64,000 bases of DNA from the NCBI RefSeq assembly GCF_009914755.1, contig NC_060927.1; one strand, 5' to 3'. The notes under the pieces are model-generated. The model saw nothing but the letters and a program-made list of their open reading frames with translations. It did not search any database and had not been told where the DNA came from. Source of the stretch: the human T2T-CHM13v2.0 reference genome, Homo sapiens. Positions 40,713 to 56,694 of the stretch are shown here, in pieces (the first letter of the stretch is position 1; each line of letters begins with the position of its first letter). Position numbers and translations under genes: made by a program.

Positions 40713-41460
40713 AAAGAAAACAAAATCGAAATATTTATTTATCTCCCAGATTATGATATTGGAGATATTCCAAGATGGTAGGATGCCAGGCTAGTGGAAA
40801 TTCAGTCTTCTATCTTGTTCCACCATCTATTATTTCCGTTGCCAAAGTAATATCATTGTACATGATAGTTATTAAAACTCCAATCATTTTTCCCACATTC
40901 CACCCAGAAGTAAGGAAGGAGGGACCAGCGAAGAAAGAGCTTTCTTAATGAAAAGATATTACCAAGGGGTTGCACAGACCATTTCCACCACACCCCATTG
41001 GCAAGAATGTGTTTTATTTTTGGTGGCTCAGGTCTATATTAAAGAAGAAACGAATGGATACCGGATGACAACTCTGCCATGGCAGGTATGTTTTCAAGAA
41101 GTTTTATTGTAAAAGAGAGGTGAAAAATATGAAAATAGCTGGATGGAAAGTGGAGAAGGAAAATAAACTAATTGTTTTTGAAGGTCAAAGAGAGATAAGC
41201 ATGCTTAGATATTAAGATTGATCCATTAGTGGAAAAGTTAAAAATACAGAAAGAATACACATTTGAAAATCTTTGCTTAGATATTTGGAAATGAGGGAAA
41301 AATACATGCTTTTAAATGTGGTAAACTTGTAGTTACTTTGACAGGAAGTTGAGTCATCATTCATGTGATAATAGGTAAAATCATGTGCTGAGGTTGATAT
41401 CAAGAATGGCAGGGTAAAGAACGTTTATATTCTCTGAGAAAAAGAAGTCCTTTTTGTGCA
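40713..41460 (-). other. Putative L1 3'-transduced segment (MLT1J/K-like 40720-41080 plus L2-like 41086-41410)
   Basis: Non-L1 DNA inside the TSD ATTATTATTTCTTTT; minus-strand AATAAA (40734-40739) lies 21 nt before a T8 tract (40705-40712). Confidence 0.7.
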
Positions 41461-41469
41461 AGTCTACCT

Positions 41470-41880
41470 AAATGCAAATCAAAACCGCAATGCAATGCCA
41501 CCTTACTCCTGCAAGAATGGCCATAACCAAAACTCAAGAAACAGTAGATGTTGGTGTGGATGCGGTGATCAGGGAACACTTCTACACTGCTGGTGGGTAT
41601 CTAAACTAGTTTGGCCAGTGTGGAAAACAGTGTGGAGATTCCTTAAAGAACTAAAAGTGAAACTACCATTTGATCCAGCAATCCCACTACGGGATATCTA
41701 CCCAAAGAAAAAGAAGTCATTATAGGAAAAAGATACTTGCACACGCATGTTTATAGCAGCAGAATTCACAACTGCAAAATTGTGAAACCAACCCAAATGC
41801 CCATCAATCAATGAGTGGTTAAAGAAACTGTGATATATATATATATATACATATATATGTATATATATGCATATATATGA

Positions 41881-41920
<40 letters not shown>

Positions 41921-42325
41921 TGATGAAATACTACTCAGCCACAAAAAAGAATGAATTAACAGCATTTGCAGTGACCTGGATGAGATTGGAGACTATTATT
42001 CTAAGTGAAGTAACTCAGGAATTGAATACCAAACATCATAGGTTCTCACTGATACATGGGAGCTAAGGTATAAGAATGCAAAGGCATAAGAATGATACAA
42101 CGGACTTTGGGGACTTAGGGGGAAGAGTGGGAGGGGGGTGAGGGCTAAAAGACTACAAATATGGTGCAGTGTATACTGCTCAGCATACACCGAGTGCACC
42201 AGCGTACCAAAATGGGTGCACCAAAATCTCACAAATCACCACTAAACACTTACTTATGTAACCAAATACCACCTGTACCCCAATAACTTATGGAAAAATA
42301 ATTAAAAGCAGAAAAAAAATTAATA
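41470..42325 (+). mobile_element. L1PB1-like 3' end (inverted arm of the transduction)
   Basis: CAAATATGGTGCAGTGTATACTGCT...GTAACCAAATACCACCTGTACCCCAATAACTTATGGAAAAATAA; internal (TA)n typical of L1PB. Confidence 0.88.
41833..41916. repeat. Interrupted (TA)n microsatellite
   Basis: Direct inspection. Confidence 0.95.
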
Positions 42326-42489
42326 ATTATTATTTCTTTTGGAGAATTGAGCCATTTAACATTATACAATGTCTCTTTTTATTCCTGGTAATTGTTTTTT
42401 TGTGTGTGTGGAATTTCGACTTTAATATTAATTTAGCCGCTCCAACTTTCTTAAGTTTTGTGTTTGCATGATATAGCATTTTTCATATC

Positions 42490-42576
42490 TTTTTTGTTTT
42501 ATTTTACTTTTAATTAACAAGTAATAATCTTATATATTTATAGGGTACAATGTAATATTTTAATACATGTATATAT
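42490..42576 (-). mobile_element. Very short L1MA 3'-end insertion
   Basis: T-tract then TATATATTTATAGGGTACAATGTAATATTTTAATACATGTATA; degenerate TSD TTTTCATATCTTTT / TTTTCATCTATTTT. Confidence 0.6.
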
Positions 42577-42846
42577 TTTCATCTATTTTTAACATATTTG
42601 TCTTTATATTTAAGATGGTTTTCTTGTATTCAATGTATAATTGTCTTTTTATTGAATTTGAAGATTTATGTTGAGTATTTAGATATTTACATTTAACACG
42701 ATTGTTGATATGTTTAGCTATAAATATATTTTCTTGATATTTGTTTTTTATATAAGCCATCTGTCATTTTTACCTTTTACTAATTTGGGGGAGGGCTTTC
42801 TATAAATATTGAGTTATCATAATTTAATTTTATCTACCTTGTTGGT

Positions 42847-43233
42847 TCCTATCGTTTGAATGTGTCCCCAAAACTTTATGTGTTAAAATATTAATCTCCA
42901 ATGCGGTGATGTTGGGAGGTGGAATCTTAATAAAGGTCATAAGAGCTGTGCCCTCAGGAATGGACTAATATCATTATCAAGGAAGGGGGTCCATTATCAA
43001 GAAAAAGCTTGTTAAGTAAAAGCAAGTTCAGCCCCTTCTGTCACCCTTACCCTTTCTTGCTCTTTCAGTTTCCTCAATTGGCTTATGCTGTATGAAGGTC
43101 CTTGTCAGGTGTCAGCATCATGGTTTTGGACTTCCTAATAATAACAATAATAATAAGCCAAATAAATTTACTTTCCTTATAAATTTCCCAGTATCAGGAA
43201 TTCTGTTACAGCAACACAAACTAAACTAAGACA
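42847..43233 (+). mobile_element. MSTC/MSTD-like solo LTR
   Basis: CTATCGTTTGAATGTGTCCCCAAAA...GCAACACAAACTAAACTAAGACA; TSD TTGGT/TTGAT. Confidence 0.8.
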
Positions 43234-43741
43234 TTGATTTATACGATGCAACCCTTTGTTGCGTTATTTTAGTAGTTGCTTTCTGGTTTATACAATGTAA
43301 ATTAAAATTTTCACTGCTTACCATCATGTGATATTGTAGTAATTCACATGTAGTATAAAATATTTACATAGTATGTTTTCATTTCTTTCCTTCTAGTCCT
43401 AGTGCTATCACCTGGTTGCACTTTTTTTTATACAACTGATCTTTTATTAGTTTTATTGAGTTTTAAAATATACTAGAAAAAATTGATACTTTGTTAGTGT
43501 ACCATTTAATGAGTTTTAGCAAACTCATACAACCATGTAACCATCACCGTAATACAGATGTATGTGTTTTATTGCTCAAATGCTCATTTGTAGACAATAC
43601 CCTTCTCAACTCACATCTCATGTTAATAAATGATCTGCATTCTCTCCATGTAGTTAATTATCTTAAGAAGTAATATAAAAGGAAAACTATAAAATATAAT
43701 TGCTTGCATTTGACATTTTTTACTCAGGATAATGCATGTAA

Positions 43742-44178
<437 letters not shown>

Positions 44179-44589
44179 TTAAAGAATATATATTTTTCCA
44201 AATTTTGTTAATTATAAAAAGGCCACTACAAATATTTACATACAGGTTTTGAGTGTGAACATGCATTTTAATTTATGTTGATAAATATTTAGAAATGGAA
44301 TTGCTGGGTCATATGGTAAGCGTAGGCCCATAAGAAATTGGCAAACTATTGTGAAATGTGACTATTCAAAAAGTTTTATTCCAACCAGAAATGTATGTAT
44401 GTGAGTGCCATCTACATCCTCACTGACTTCTTGTTAGTTTTCTTTTATTTCTTGGCCCCCTCCCTTTTAATTTAGGCATTCTAAAAGTTTTCAGTAATAT
44501 CACAGCGGTTTTAATTTGCATTTTTTTTTACAATTACTCATTTATTTTGTTGTAGAGGTCATAAAAATATGCATTTAAAATATATATAT

Positions 44590-44810
44590 TTTTAAATTTC
44601 AACTTTTATTTTAGATAAAGAGGATACATGTGCAGATATGTTACATGAGAATATTGTGTGGTATTGAGGTTTGGAGTGTGGATCTCATTACCCTGGTAGT
44701 GAGCATAGTACACAATAGGTAGTTTTTAAACACACGCCCCCTCCCTCCACTCTCTAGTAGCCTACAGCATCTATTGCTCCCAAATTTATATCCATGTGTG
44801 AGCAATGTTT
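44590..44810 (-). mobile_element. L1PA13-16 3'-end fragment
   Basis: TTTCAACTTTTATTTTAGAT...GATACATGTGCAGAT...GAGCATAGTACACAATAGGTAGTTTTT. Confidence 0.75.
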
Positions 44811-45407
44811 TTGAAAATCAATTCACCATATATGAGTGAGTTTATTTATGGGTGCTCTATTGTGTTTTACTGATCTGTCATTCTACTTTTGCCAATAGCA
44901 CATTGTTTGATTCTGTAGCTTCAGAGTACATCTTGAAATCAATTCATATGAGTCTCCAACTTTGTTCTGTAAATATCATTTTTAAAATTGTTTTGATTAT
45001 TCTATTTTCTTTGTTTTCTTTGAATATTTTATAAACAACTTTTTGGCTTCTACAAAATATTTCTACAAAGTTCTTTCTGGAGTTTTGATTGGAAGTATGT
45101 TAAAATTGTTAATCAATTTGGAGAGAATTGACATCTTAAAATGTGTAAGTGTTCCAAAACATGAACATGATGCTTTGTTCCATTAATTTATATCTTCTTT
45201 GATCTCTCATATCAGTTTTTTTAGTTTATAGCACACTGATATTGCATATGTTTGTTAAAATTATACCTAGCTTATAAATGATTTGAGGTGCTTAATCAGT
45301 GCTACTTCCCAAAATTTTAATTCCAATTATTCATTTTTAGTGTTGAGAAATACAATTAATTTTTGTATAATATAGTATAGTAGTCTTATATTATGTGACC
45401 TTACTAA

Positions 45408-45809
<402 letters not shown>

Positions 45810-45821
45810 TGCAATTTCTAT

Positions 45822-46694
45822 TGTTATGGTTTCTTTCTAATTTGGTCTTGCGGTCTCTCTGTCCAGAGTGAATATAAATTCCAGCCCTGCTCTGACAGGG
45901 CTCCAGAAGAGCTGGTCTTGAATGTTTACTTTGTGTCTTTCACTGAATACATCTTTATCCTTGTAGACTTCCTAATGCTTAAGTGTCCAACCAGTGACCA
46001 GATGTCCCTCTCATAGGAAACTTCATACTGGTAGATGCCTTTGTGATTTTTGTCTCACCTGTGTCTATTTATTCCCACAAAGATAGCCACTGTCTAAGAA
46101 AGCCCTGAACAGGCGGAGGGTTAAGTTTGGGTACGTTTTTCAGGTGGGACCTGGAAGAGTCAGCACAACAAAACATAAAGTGACAGAAGCATCTTTATTA
46201 CCTACAGATCCACAAGAAAAGAGAGACACATCCATTAGGGCCAGTGAGAAGTCTCGAGACAGCAGGATGCTCAACCAGCAGGTGAGGAATGAGGAGGGAG
46301 TGAATAGAAGAGAAAGAGCAAAAGAGAGATCACCTGTGAGTCTATGGCTATAGTAAGGTCTATGAGTGTTATCCCTTAGGCATTCCTGCTGAGATTGCGG
46401 ATTGGCTACTTTGAAGAAAACACTGTTAGTCACTAGAAAATGCAACAAGAAAGGGAGAGCTTGTTTGCATGACTCTCATATTGACCATTATGTTTTATTG
46501 TGGTCAGTAGCTGTGGGATATGTTGGGATTTGTCTTAGTAAGATAAGAAGCAAGCAGACTATATTACAAACCAACACATAGGGAGAAGTTTCAACTAGGT
46601 CAAAGGAGGCAAGAAACAACTGGATTTCAAATACCTTAGGCCAGACTTAAAAACGGGTGCTGAAGAAGCAGCTATATGAAACAAGTTTATGACA
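45822..46694 (-). mobile_element. Probable ERVL-class solo LTR (MER54/MER74-like; family uncertain)
   Basis: TG...CA termini (TGTTATG / TATGACA), higher GC than the flanking L1M which it interrupts, minus-strand AATAAA near 46195. Confidence 0.45.
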
Positions 46695-47333
46695 ACAAGT
46701 ATGTTGTTTCTATTTAAGCTTTATTTGTTCTTTCACAATCTCTATGTCTTCTCCTTTTTTTTTTTAAATCTTACTTATTGCACTTATTAAGATCTAGAGT
46801 TATTTGATTACAAGAATTGAGAGCAGATATTCTGGGTTTGCTCCTAATTGTAGGAGAAAAGAATCGGTCTTTCACCATTAAGTATAATGTTATCTGTAGA
46901 CATGCTTTATTTGTTTGTAAATGCCTATTATTGTGTTAAAGAAGTTCTATTCGATTCTGAATTATCTTTGCCCTTTTAAAGATCTTGAATGAATGCTTAA
47001 CGTTGCAAGTACTTTTTCTGCATCTATTAGTTCTTTACACATATCTTGCCAATTTTATTTTTTATTATCATTTAACTGAATATACATTTCCATTTCTCTT
47101 ACAACTTTTTATTTAATCCATGGGATATTTATAAGTATGGTGATTAATTTTCAACTAATTAAGATTATTGAGGTATCTTTTTAGTGTTTTCTAGTTTAAT
47201 TCTATGTGGTCAAAGAACGTCCTTTGTATAATTTCAAGCCTTTAATTTTTTTGGCTTGTGTTTATGTTGTAAAATATAATCTACCTTGGTGAAGCATGCA
47301 CACTTGAAAAGAATGTGTATTCTGCTATCATTG

Positions 47334-48073
47334 TGAGGATCAACCTCTGACTTTTTTTTTCTTACCTTGCGCACATTCCTGTCTAAGGAGTCTGGGGAGT
47401 CGTGCCCTACAAACCATAAAGTCTCATCAGAGGGGCTTTAACCCTCTATAAAGTGGCCTCCTTTCCAACCTGGTTCTGCCATAACATCACATAACAAATA
47501 AGAAAAAAAAAATCAAAATACTCTTAACTCCAAATATATTTCCTTGTCTCTTATTGGAAAAAATCTACATTCTGTAGAGAATCCCCTTTTCCTTTTTATG
47601 TTTTTCTTTCTTTCCAGATCCAGGAGAAGATCAGCTAAGAGTCAGGCACGCTTTTAAGTCTAATAAGAAAACATTTTACAACCTCTTCTCTCTGAAGCCT
47701 GCTCACTAAAAGCTTCCTGTGAACAATATAACTTTGGTCTCCACAATCCTTTATCTTAACCCAAACATATCTTTTCTATTGATCCCATGCCCTTAGACAA
47801 ACTCAACCCATTGTCAACTAGAAAATTTTAAAATTTACCTATAGCCTGGAACCCCCACTTCCAGTTGCCTTGCCTTTCTGAAGCAAACCAATGTACAACT
47901 AAATGCATTTGATTGATGTCTCATGTCTCCCAAAGTTGTATAAAACCAGGCTGTGCTCTAACCACCTCAGAAACATGTTCTCAGGATCTCCTGAGGGCTG
48001 AGTCATGGGCCATGGTCATTCATATTTGCCTCAGAATAAATCTCTTCAAAATATTTTACAGAGTTTGAAGACA
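47334..48073 (+). mobile_element. MER4 (MER4C-like) solo LTR
   Basis: TGAGGATC...GGGGAGTCGTGCCCTACAAAC...CTCAGAATAAATCTCTTCAAAATATTTTACAGAGTTTG...ACA; 4-bp TSD ATTG; removing it restores L1 TATTCTGCTATCATTG|TGTAGTGTTCTATA. Confidence 0.85.
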
Positions 48074-50001
48074 ATTGTGTAGTGTTCTATAATAGATAAT
48101 TAAGTCTACTGATGAGCTTTTCTAAGGCATTATTTTCATTCCCCTGTTTTTATTTATTTTCCTACAAATTCCATTTCAGTCTTTCTTATAGTTTATATTT
48201 CTTGTGTTAAATTATTAAATTCTGGCAATTTATATTCCCTACCTTTTCTGTTATGGCATTTAGTTTACTGGATTAGTCATAGTCATGTTCCATCCCATTT
48301 TGGTAAAATCAGTAATGTCAACATCAGAGACATCTCCGAGCCAGGTTCAAGGTCTGAGTATCTTGATTGTTTTTACTCAATATAAGGTTGTTGTGCCTAC
48401 GTCACAGAGAAAATTGTGTTATACACTCTTGTTCCTCCTCCAGTGTTGGCCTGGTTTTGCAGTTACTTGGCACTTTCTAGGCTATTGATGAGGAGCAGGG
48501 ACAGTTCTCTGTACTCTGGTCCAATCCTCTAATCAGATCTTAAGAGAGGGGCATTCTCAGTGATCTTGCCTTTTTTCCCCATGGCAGGTAAAATCTGGTT
48601 TTGTATCTTTGGTAGGCCTTATAGAAGAAAGCATTTTCTGATTTTCTGATTTCCCCCCAGTGGTAGGAGACTTCTAATGATACTGGCATAAAATCTCCAC
48701 TCACATTTTTTCTTACCATACCTTAATGAGTAGAGGTTTATTTTCCTTTATTCTTCTCCCAGCTATAATTGCTCTACATTTTTTGCCCTGCAGTGACATC
48801 ATTTCTCCCTTTCTCCTACTGGCTCAATGGAAAAGGGTCAGTGTGAGCCTCCAGATGTTGATTTCATTCGTTATGAATGTATCATATAGTAAATCTTCTT
48901 CAGTATATATCCAATCCTTTTTGTGATCACCTATAGAGGTTCACAGAGAAGATGGATAACTTGATGCCTATGGTTCCAAGGGCTTCTATATGCTTATGTT
49001 AGCCCACAACTGACCTTTAGCAAATGATAACAATTTTAGCTCATATCTTTGTGCCCACTTTTATGGAATACTTTTTTCTATGCCTGGCCATAGGTAAATA
49101 ATTGCTTGGATCCTATCTCCTGCAGAGAGACCTGACATTCCTTAGAATTGAGCCCGCTTGGTTGCCTTGAAACGTTGGTGGGCTCAATAAAAATATACGT
49201 AATTTAATTTATCCATATTTTTCTTCTTATTATAGTAAGAATATTACTATTTTGAGTTTTATATATCCTACACAATAAAATAAACTCTGTAGGTGATTTT
49301 AAGATTTTCCCTCTGTCTTTAAATATCAATATGTTACTATGATTTGCCTATGACTAATTTTCTTTGTATTTATTCTAGCTAGATAATATTGACATTCTTG
49401 AATTTGTGGTTTCATGGCTTTTATTATTTTTGTAAGACTTTGGATCTCAAATCCCTCTATATTGTGGTAGTTATAAACTTCAGTTAGTCTTTCCCCAGGC
49501 CATTGTAATTGCCCAAAATTCTGGACTGCCATTTTCTATTTAGTCATTGTAGCTTACACTACTAATCAGAGAAACCTTTAAAAAAATCAGCAGAAACTAA
49601 ACTTTTAACTAAATGTTCTTTATCACTCAGCTTCTCAAGTTCTGTCTAACTTGATTGTTTTCCAATAGCTCACAGAGGAGATTTTTTTTTTTTTTTTGGT
49701 AAATCATCATTGTTATCTAACTTTTAAGGTGTTCTAAGTAAAAATTTTTTTTGATGTGAAGTACCCTGTAATAGCCTAAAGTAGAAGCTTTTGTCACTAT
49801 TTCTAGATGTACTAGGGTTTCACTACACTGTATCAAGCTGAGAAGGTATTTTTATTTATCTGCTTGGAAATCACCATTTTTCTCTGTTGTTGTTTTTACT
49901 GAACAACACATGTCTTTCTTCAATTCTGGAAACTTGTGAATAATTATTATTTCTAGTATTTCTTATTTGCCATGTAATGTATTTTATTCCATTAGAACTA
50001 T

Positions 50002-50260
50002 ACTTTGGGAGGCCAAAGGAGGAGGACTGCTTGAGGGCAGGAGTTTGAGATGACCCTGGATAACATAGTGAGACCTTGTCTCCACAAAATAAAATAAAAT
50101 AAATTAGTCAGGCATGATAGTGCATGCTTACAGTCCTAGCCACTAGAGAGGCTGAGGCAAGAGTATTGCTTGAGCTCAGAAGTTTGAGGTTATTGTGTGT
50201 TCTGATCTTCTGTACTCCAACGTGACTGACAGAGTGAAACTCCAACTGAAAAAAAAAAAA
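50002..50260 (+). mobile_element. 5'-truncated AluJ
   Basis: ACTTTGGGAGGCCAAAGGAGGAGGACTGCTTGAG...A-tail; TSD AGAACT(A/C)TA. Confidence 0.88.
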
Positions 50261-51216
50261 AGAACTCTATGTGGACCTACTCTGAAGTTCTTCTATCTTT
50301 TCATGCTTTTGATTTTATAATTAATAATTCTTATATAAAACACTACTGCCAATTGGGGATAAGAGTCTTTAAGACAGTGGTGTGCTTCTATTAAATATTT
50401 GAATATGTTGGCTAAAGTGATTTTGTGTTCAATATATTAAAATATGTAATACGTGTGTATATGTGTATGAACATAGACTATAATATTTAGTAGGAGAGTA
50501 AAACACTTTTAGCAAAGGAATGCAACTGATAGAAGTGCTTGCCATGTTTGGATACCACAAAAGAGACAAAGACAGTATCTACATAAAGACAACAGAAAAA
50601 GTTTGGCAAGAAACGGAAAACCACAGATGGTTGTAGGTGGCAGTTTCTTAGCAGCAGAAACAGATTTTCCTGAGAAAACATTTCATCAAAACTTTGCTTT
50701 GAACAAGTCTGTTCTACCATATTGAGGACAATATTCAGAAAATAAAAAAAAAAATCTTTGCTAACATACAGGAAGCAAATGTTGAGAGTCTTTATATGGT
50801 GGTTATACTCTAAGAAGGACAAATGCACAGAACTAATCTCATCTCCATGATTTGCTCTTGAACAGGGCCAAGTCTAACCAAAATAGTACACTAGGTAGAG
50901 TTACCTAGCGTACTCAGAGACCTCAGCTAGCTTCTCTTCCAATGTCTAACATTTCTCCTGTTGTTCCTACTTGTTTAAAGTCCCAGAAGAATTCAGTGTC
51001 TGCAAACCCTTATGAAAGATGAACAGCTTTCAAACAAGGAAATTTACACTGACATGGTTTGATGTTTACTTTCTTCCTGAGGCCTTGAATTCAAAATAAA
51101 ATGAACACATACTAATTAACTGAATCCCGCTGATGCACTTTCAAAAATCAGAAATAAGTTAAAAGAATTTTTTTATCTTAGAAATACTATATTTTTGATA
51201 ATGTTTTATTATTATT

Positions 51217-53337
51217 TTTACTTCAGCACTTTAAATATGTCATGCCACTCTCTCCTGGTCTGTAAGGTTTCCAGTGAAAAGTCTGCTTCCGGATGTATTA
51301 GAGCTGCTTTATATGTTATTTATTCCTTTTCTCTTGCTGCTTTGAAGATCCTTTCTTTATCATTGGCCTTTGGGGGTTTGGTTATTAAATTCCCTGAGGT
51401 AGTCTTGTTTGGGTTAAATCTGCTTTGTATTTTATGACCTTCTTGTACTGAATATTAATTCTTTCTCTAGATTAGAGAAGTTCTTTGTTATTAATTCTTT
51501 GAATAAACTTTCTACCCTAATCTCTCTACCTCCTCTTTAAGGTCAATAAGTGTTAGATTTGCCCCCTTGAGGCTATTTTCTGTATCTTATAAGCATGTTT
51601 CTTCTTTTTAATCTTTTTCCTTTCTTCTCTTCTACTGGGTATTTTCAAATAGCCTGTCTTCAAGTTCACCAATCCTTTCTTCTGCTTGATCAGTTCTGCT
51701 GCTGAGATACTCTGACGCATTTTTCAGTTTGTCAATTGAATGTTTCAGTGCTAGAATATCTGCTTGATTTTTTAAATTATTATTTCAATCTCCTTGCTAA
51801 GTTTCTCTAATAGAATTCTGAATTCCTTCTCTGTGTTTTATTGAAGCTTGTAGAGTTTTCTCAGAACAGCTATTTTTAATTATCTGTCTGAAAGGTCACA
51901 TATCTCTGTCACTGTGCGATTGGTTACTGGTGCCTTATTTAGTTTATTTGGTGAGGTCAAGATTTTCTGGATGTTCTTGGTGCTTGTGGATGTTTGTTGA
52001 TGTTTGGGCATTGAAGATTAAGTATTTATTCTAATCTTTGCAGTCTTGGACTATTTGTACCTGTCCTTCTTCTTGAGAAGACATTCCACCATATTCAAAG
52101 AGTTGTGATCTAAGTCTTTGGTCCTGCAGACATCTCTACAATAGTGGATCCCCAATCCTAGTGATGCTACAACTCTTGCAGATTCCCACTGCCTTGGTGG
52201 GTTTGAGTAAGACACAGAATTCCTTGAATTACCACACAGAGTCTCTCTTTCTCTTCCCTCACTTTCCCAAAACAAATGAGGCCTATCTCTCTGTGTCTCT
52301 GAGTTGCCTGGAGTTGGAGGAGAGATGGTGCAAGCACTCCCATGGCCACCACATCTGGACTGTGATGGGTCACACCTGAAGCCGGTGCAGTACTGGGTCT
52401 TGCCCAAGGCTCATGGTAACTACAGCCTGGCTACTACTGATGTTTATTCAAGGCCCATGGGCTCTTTTGTCAGTAAGTGGTAAATCATGCTGGGACTGGG
52501 TTCTACTCTCCCAAGCACAGAAGGGAACTTCTGGCCCAAAGTAGGTCTAGAAATGCCCAGGAGCTAGGGCCTGGAATCAGGGGTTTTGGCAATCTGATGC
52601 TTTATTTTACTGTGGCTGAGCTGGTACCCAGGTTGCAAAACAAAGTCCTCTTTACTCTTCCTTCTTCTTTCCACAAGCAGAAGTCTTTCAGAGCTGCACT
52701 GCCTGGAGTTAGGGGAGGGGTGACTCAAGCACTCCCTTGGTCGCCCAAGCAGTGTCTTCCTGAGCTGTACGCACTCTAATTCCCTGGGTCTGAGCCCAGC
52801 AGAGCACTAGGTCTTGCCCAAGGACTGCAGTTCTTGTGCCCTGAGTTTCTTTCAAATTTATTCAGAACCCTAGGGTTCTTTAGTTGCCAGTGGTGGAGCT
52901 AGCCAGAATTTAGATACTTACTGTTGGGGTGGAGGATTCCCTTCTAGCCAGGGCTAGTTAAAATGCTCCTTCCGTGAACAACTGGAAGAATGATGCCCTA
53001 ATTGTGTTCCCCTATGACAGGCAGCACTGAGTTCCAACGGAAAGCCCTACAGTCACCTCGCTCTCCACTCTCCTTCCCCCAAGCACACATATTCTCTGTC
53101 CGCATGCTGCTGGGATGGATGGGGGAGAAGTGGTGTAGGCAATGAATGACTATCTTTTCTGTCCTCTTCACTGACTATTTCCTTGAAATAACGTTAAAAT
53201 CAGGTACTGTGATTGCTCATCTGATTTTTGGCTCTTATGAAGGTACTTGGTTGTGTGGATAGTTGTTCAATTCGGTGTCCACGTGGGGAGACAACTGCTA
53301 AAGAATTCTCTTCAGCCATCTTGTTCTGCTTCTCCTC
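51217..53337 (-). mobile_element. L1M2/M3-like 5'UTR plus ORF1 5' part
   Basis: Terminal YY1-type GCCATCTTG (53315-53323), GC-richer 5'UTR, antisense ORF1 motifs CAAATAGCCTGTCTTCAAG and GCCACTCTCTCCTGGTCTGTAAGGTTTC. Confidence 0.82.
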
Positions 53338-53587
53338 TACCAATGCTTGTTTTGACTCTAGACATGCTTTATGATTTATTTTTTGCCATTATAGGAAACT
53401 GTGCAAAACATTATCAACCGTTGGTATATAAGAGAACAGTGATTGCTACTCAGTACTACTTATTTACCACATCCTTTAAGTGTGTGCTTTAATTAACAGT
53501 GCTAGATTACTTCTAGCACTCTATCTAGCTTTGAACCTTACCTGATTTGGAGTATCCTATTTTCTATTTAATTAAAGTACAGGATCA

Positions 53588-53775
53588 GTGTAATGTAGCA
53601 GTTAAGAGTACATATGTCTTTCAAGGTGAACCTAGATGAGAAAATAAATCACAATTTCCTCATCTGTAAGATAAATACATATTTATCATCTCATAAAACT
53701 TTATAAGTTTTGGAAATATATAAAAGCATTTAAAATAACTTCTGACCCTAATTACTCAATAAATATTAGCTATCA
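53588..53775 (+). mobile_element. MIR
   Basis: GTAGCAGTTAAGAG, core CAATTTCCTCATCTGTAAGAT, end ACTCAATAAATATTAGCTAT. Confidence 0.7.
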
Positions 53776-54691
53776 TAGCCAATATTCTTAAATAAATGGA
53801 TAAAATATTTTTAAATTATTATATGTAGAATGATGGTATCACCAAACTCACATTATTAAACTTTAATATTTCAACTATTACTTTTATGATGAACTCTTTG
53901 TTAGTGTTTTTAACATATTTAAAACAGATACATTTTTTGCTTAATAAATTCTATAAGTACATTTATAATAAGTATTTTTATCTTGGAAGAAATTAATTTT
54001 CCTCTTTTTCAAATATATTATTTAATATTAGACCAATTTAAAATGTTGTGTTTAAAAAAATCAGTCCTGGTTTAGAAAAACTATGTCATAAACAATTGCA
54101 TTTTAGTTAAAATCTTAGGAAGCAGCATACAACTTAAAGGAAATATGCCAATCATAATTCAAAAGCTATTAAAATGCATGCAGATTTATTAAGTTGTTTA
54201 CATATGTTTGATAAATGTGGAATATATGAAGAGTTACAAATTGATATTTATAGTCAGAGACTTTAGAATGATCCAAAACATTTGCTTTATATTGAATACT
54301 ACAACTTAAAACTGTAACAACTTCAAATTATCATCATCAACAACCAAATTTAACAACATCGACAACAAAAAAAGATTTAGACAACAGTTCTTAATAACTG
54401 AAAAGAATGAGTCATGGAAAAGCACCAGCAAAGCCAGTTTAGTGGGCTGCAAGTAGAAGAGAGCTTTCACCAAGGGGAAAAACAGACACAGACATTGGAA
54501 ACAGTACCTCCCTTGGATATTAAGCTAACAAAGAGTAAGGCTGAATAGGCTGAGAGAAGGCAGTTCATAAACAGAAATTATGGGAGAGAAAACTAAGAAA
54601 GATTTTATTAGTTCTAGTGTTACAAGACAGTGTTAGGAGAAGCATCGAAAAAATGCTTGAATGCTTTTGGATACAATTCTTTAAGTGTCAA

Positions 54692-55017
<326 letters not shown>

Positions 55018-55306
55018 TCATTTAAAAAATTAAAAAAATGATAATTTAGCTCAAAAAGTTTTAAGTGAACACTAAATATTATATATATATTTTTTTATCT
55101 TCCAATTCTTATTTAAAAAATTATTTTCATTCAGAACATACTATCTCAACAAAGTATGTTTTGTTTTTTTTTTTTTTTTTAGAAAAAGAAAGATTGGCTG
55201 CTCATATTGTACTTATATATAAACACTTTTAAAATTATATTTTAATGTAGTTCTTCTACCTTAGCGTACTTTCAATATATTCTTGTAATATTAAAACTGG
55301 GTTTTT

Positions 55307-56262
<956 letters not shown>

Positions 56263-56384
56263 TAAAACTTTTTTTTCTTTTTTGATAATATTCTTACAGG
56301 TTAATTATGGATTTTTTTTCTAGTTGACCACTACAATGAGTAGCTAAAACACTAAAAAAAAAAAAATGTTTAAAAAAATAATTC

Positions 56385-56694
<310 letters not shown>

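Noticed and set aside
52051-52779. GC-richer ORF cluster as a promoter or exon
   Set aside because: Lies within an L1M 5'UTR and is CpG-depleted.
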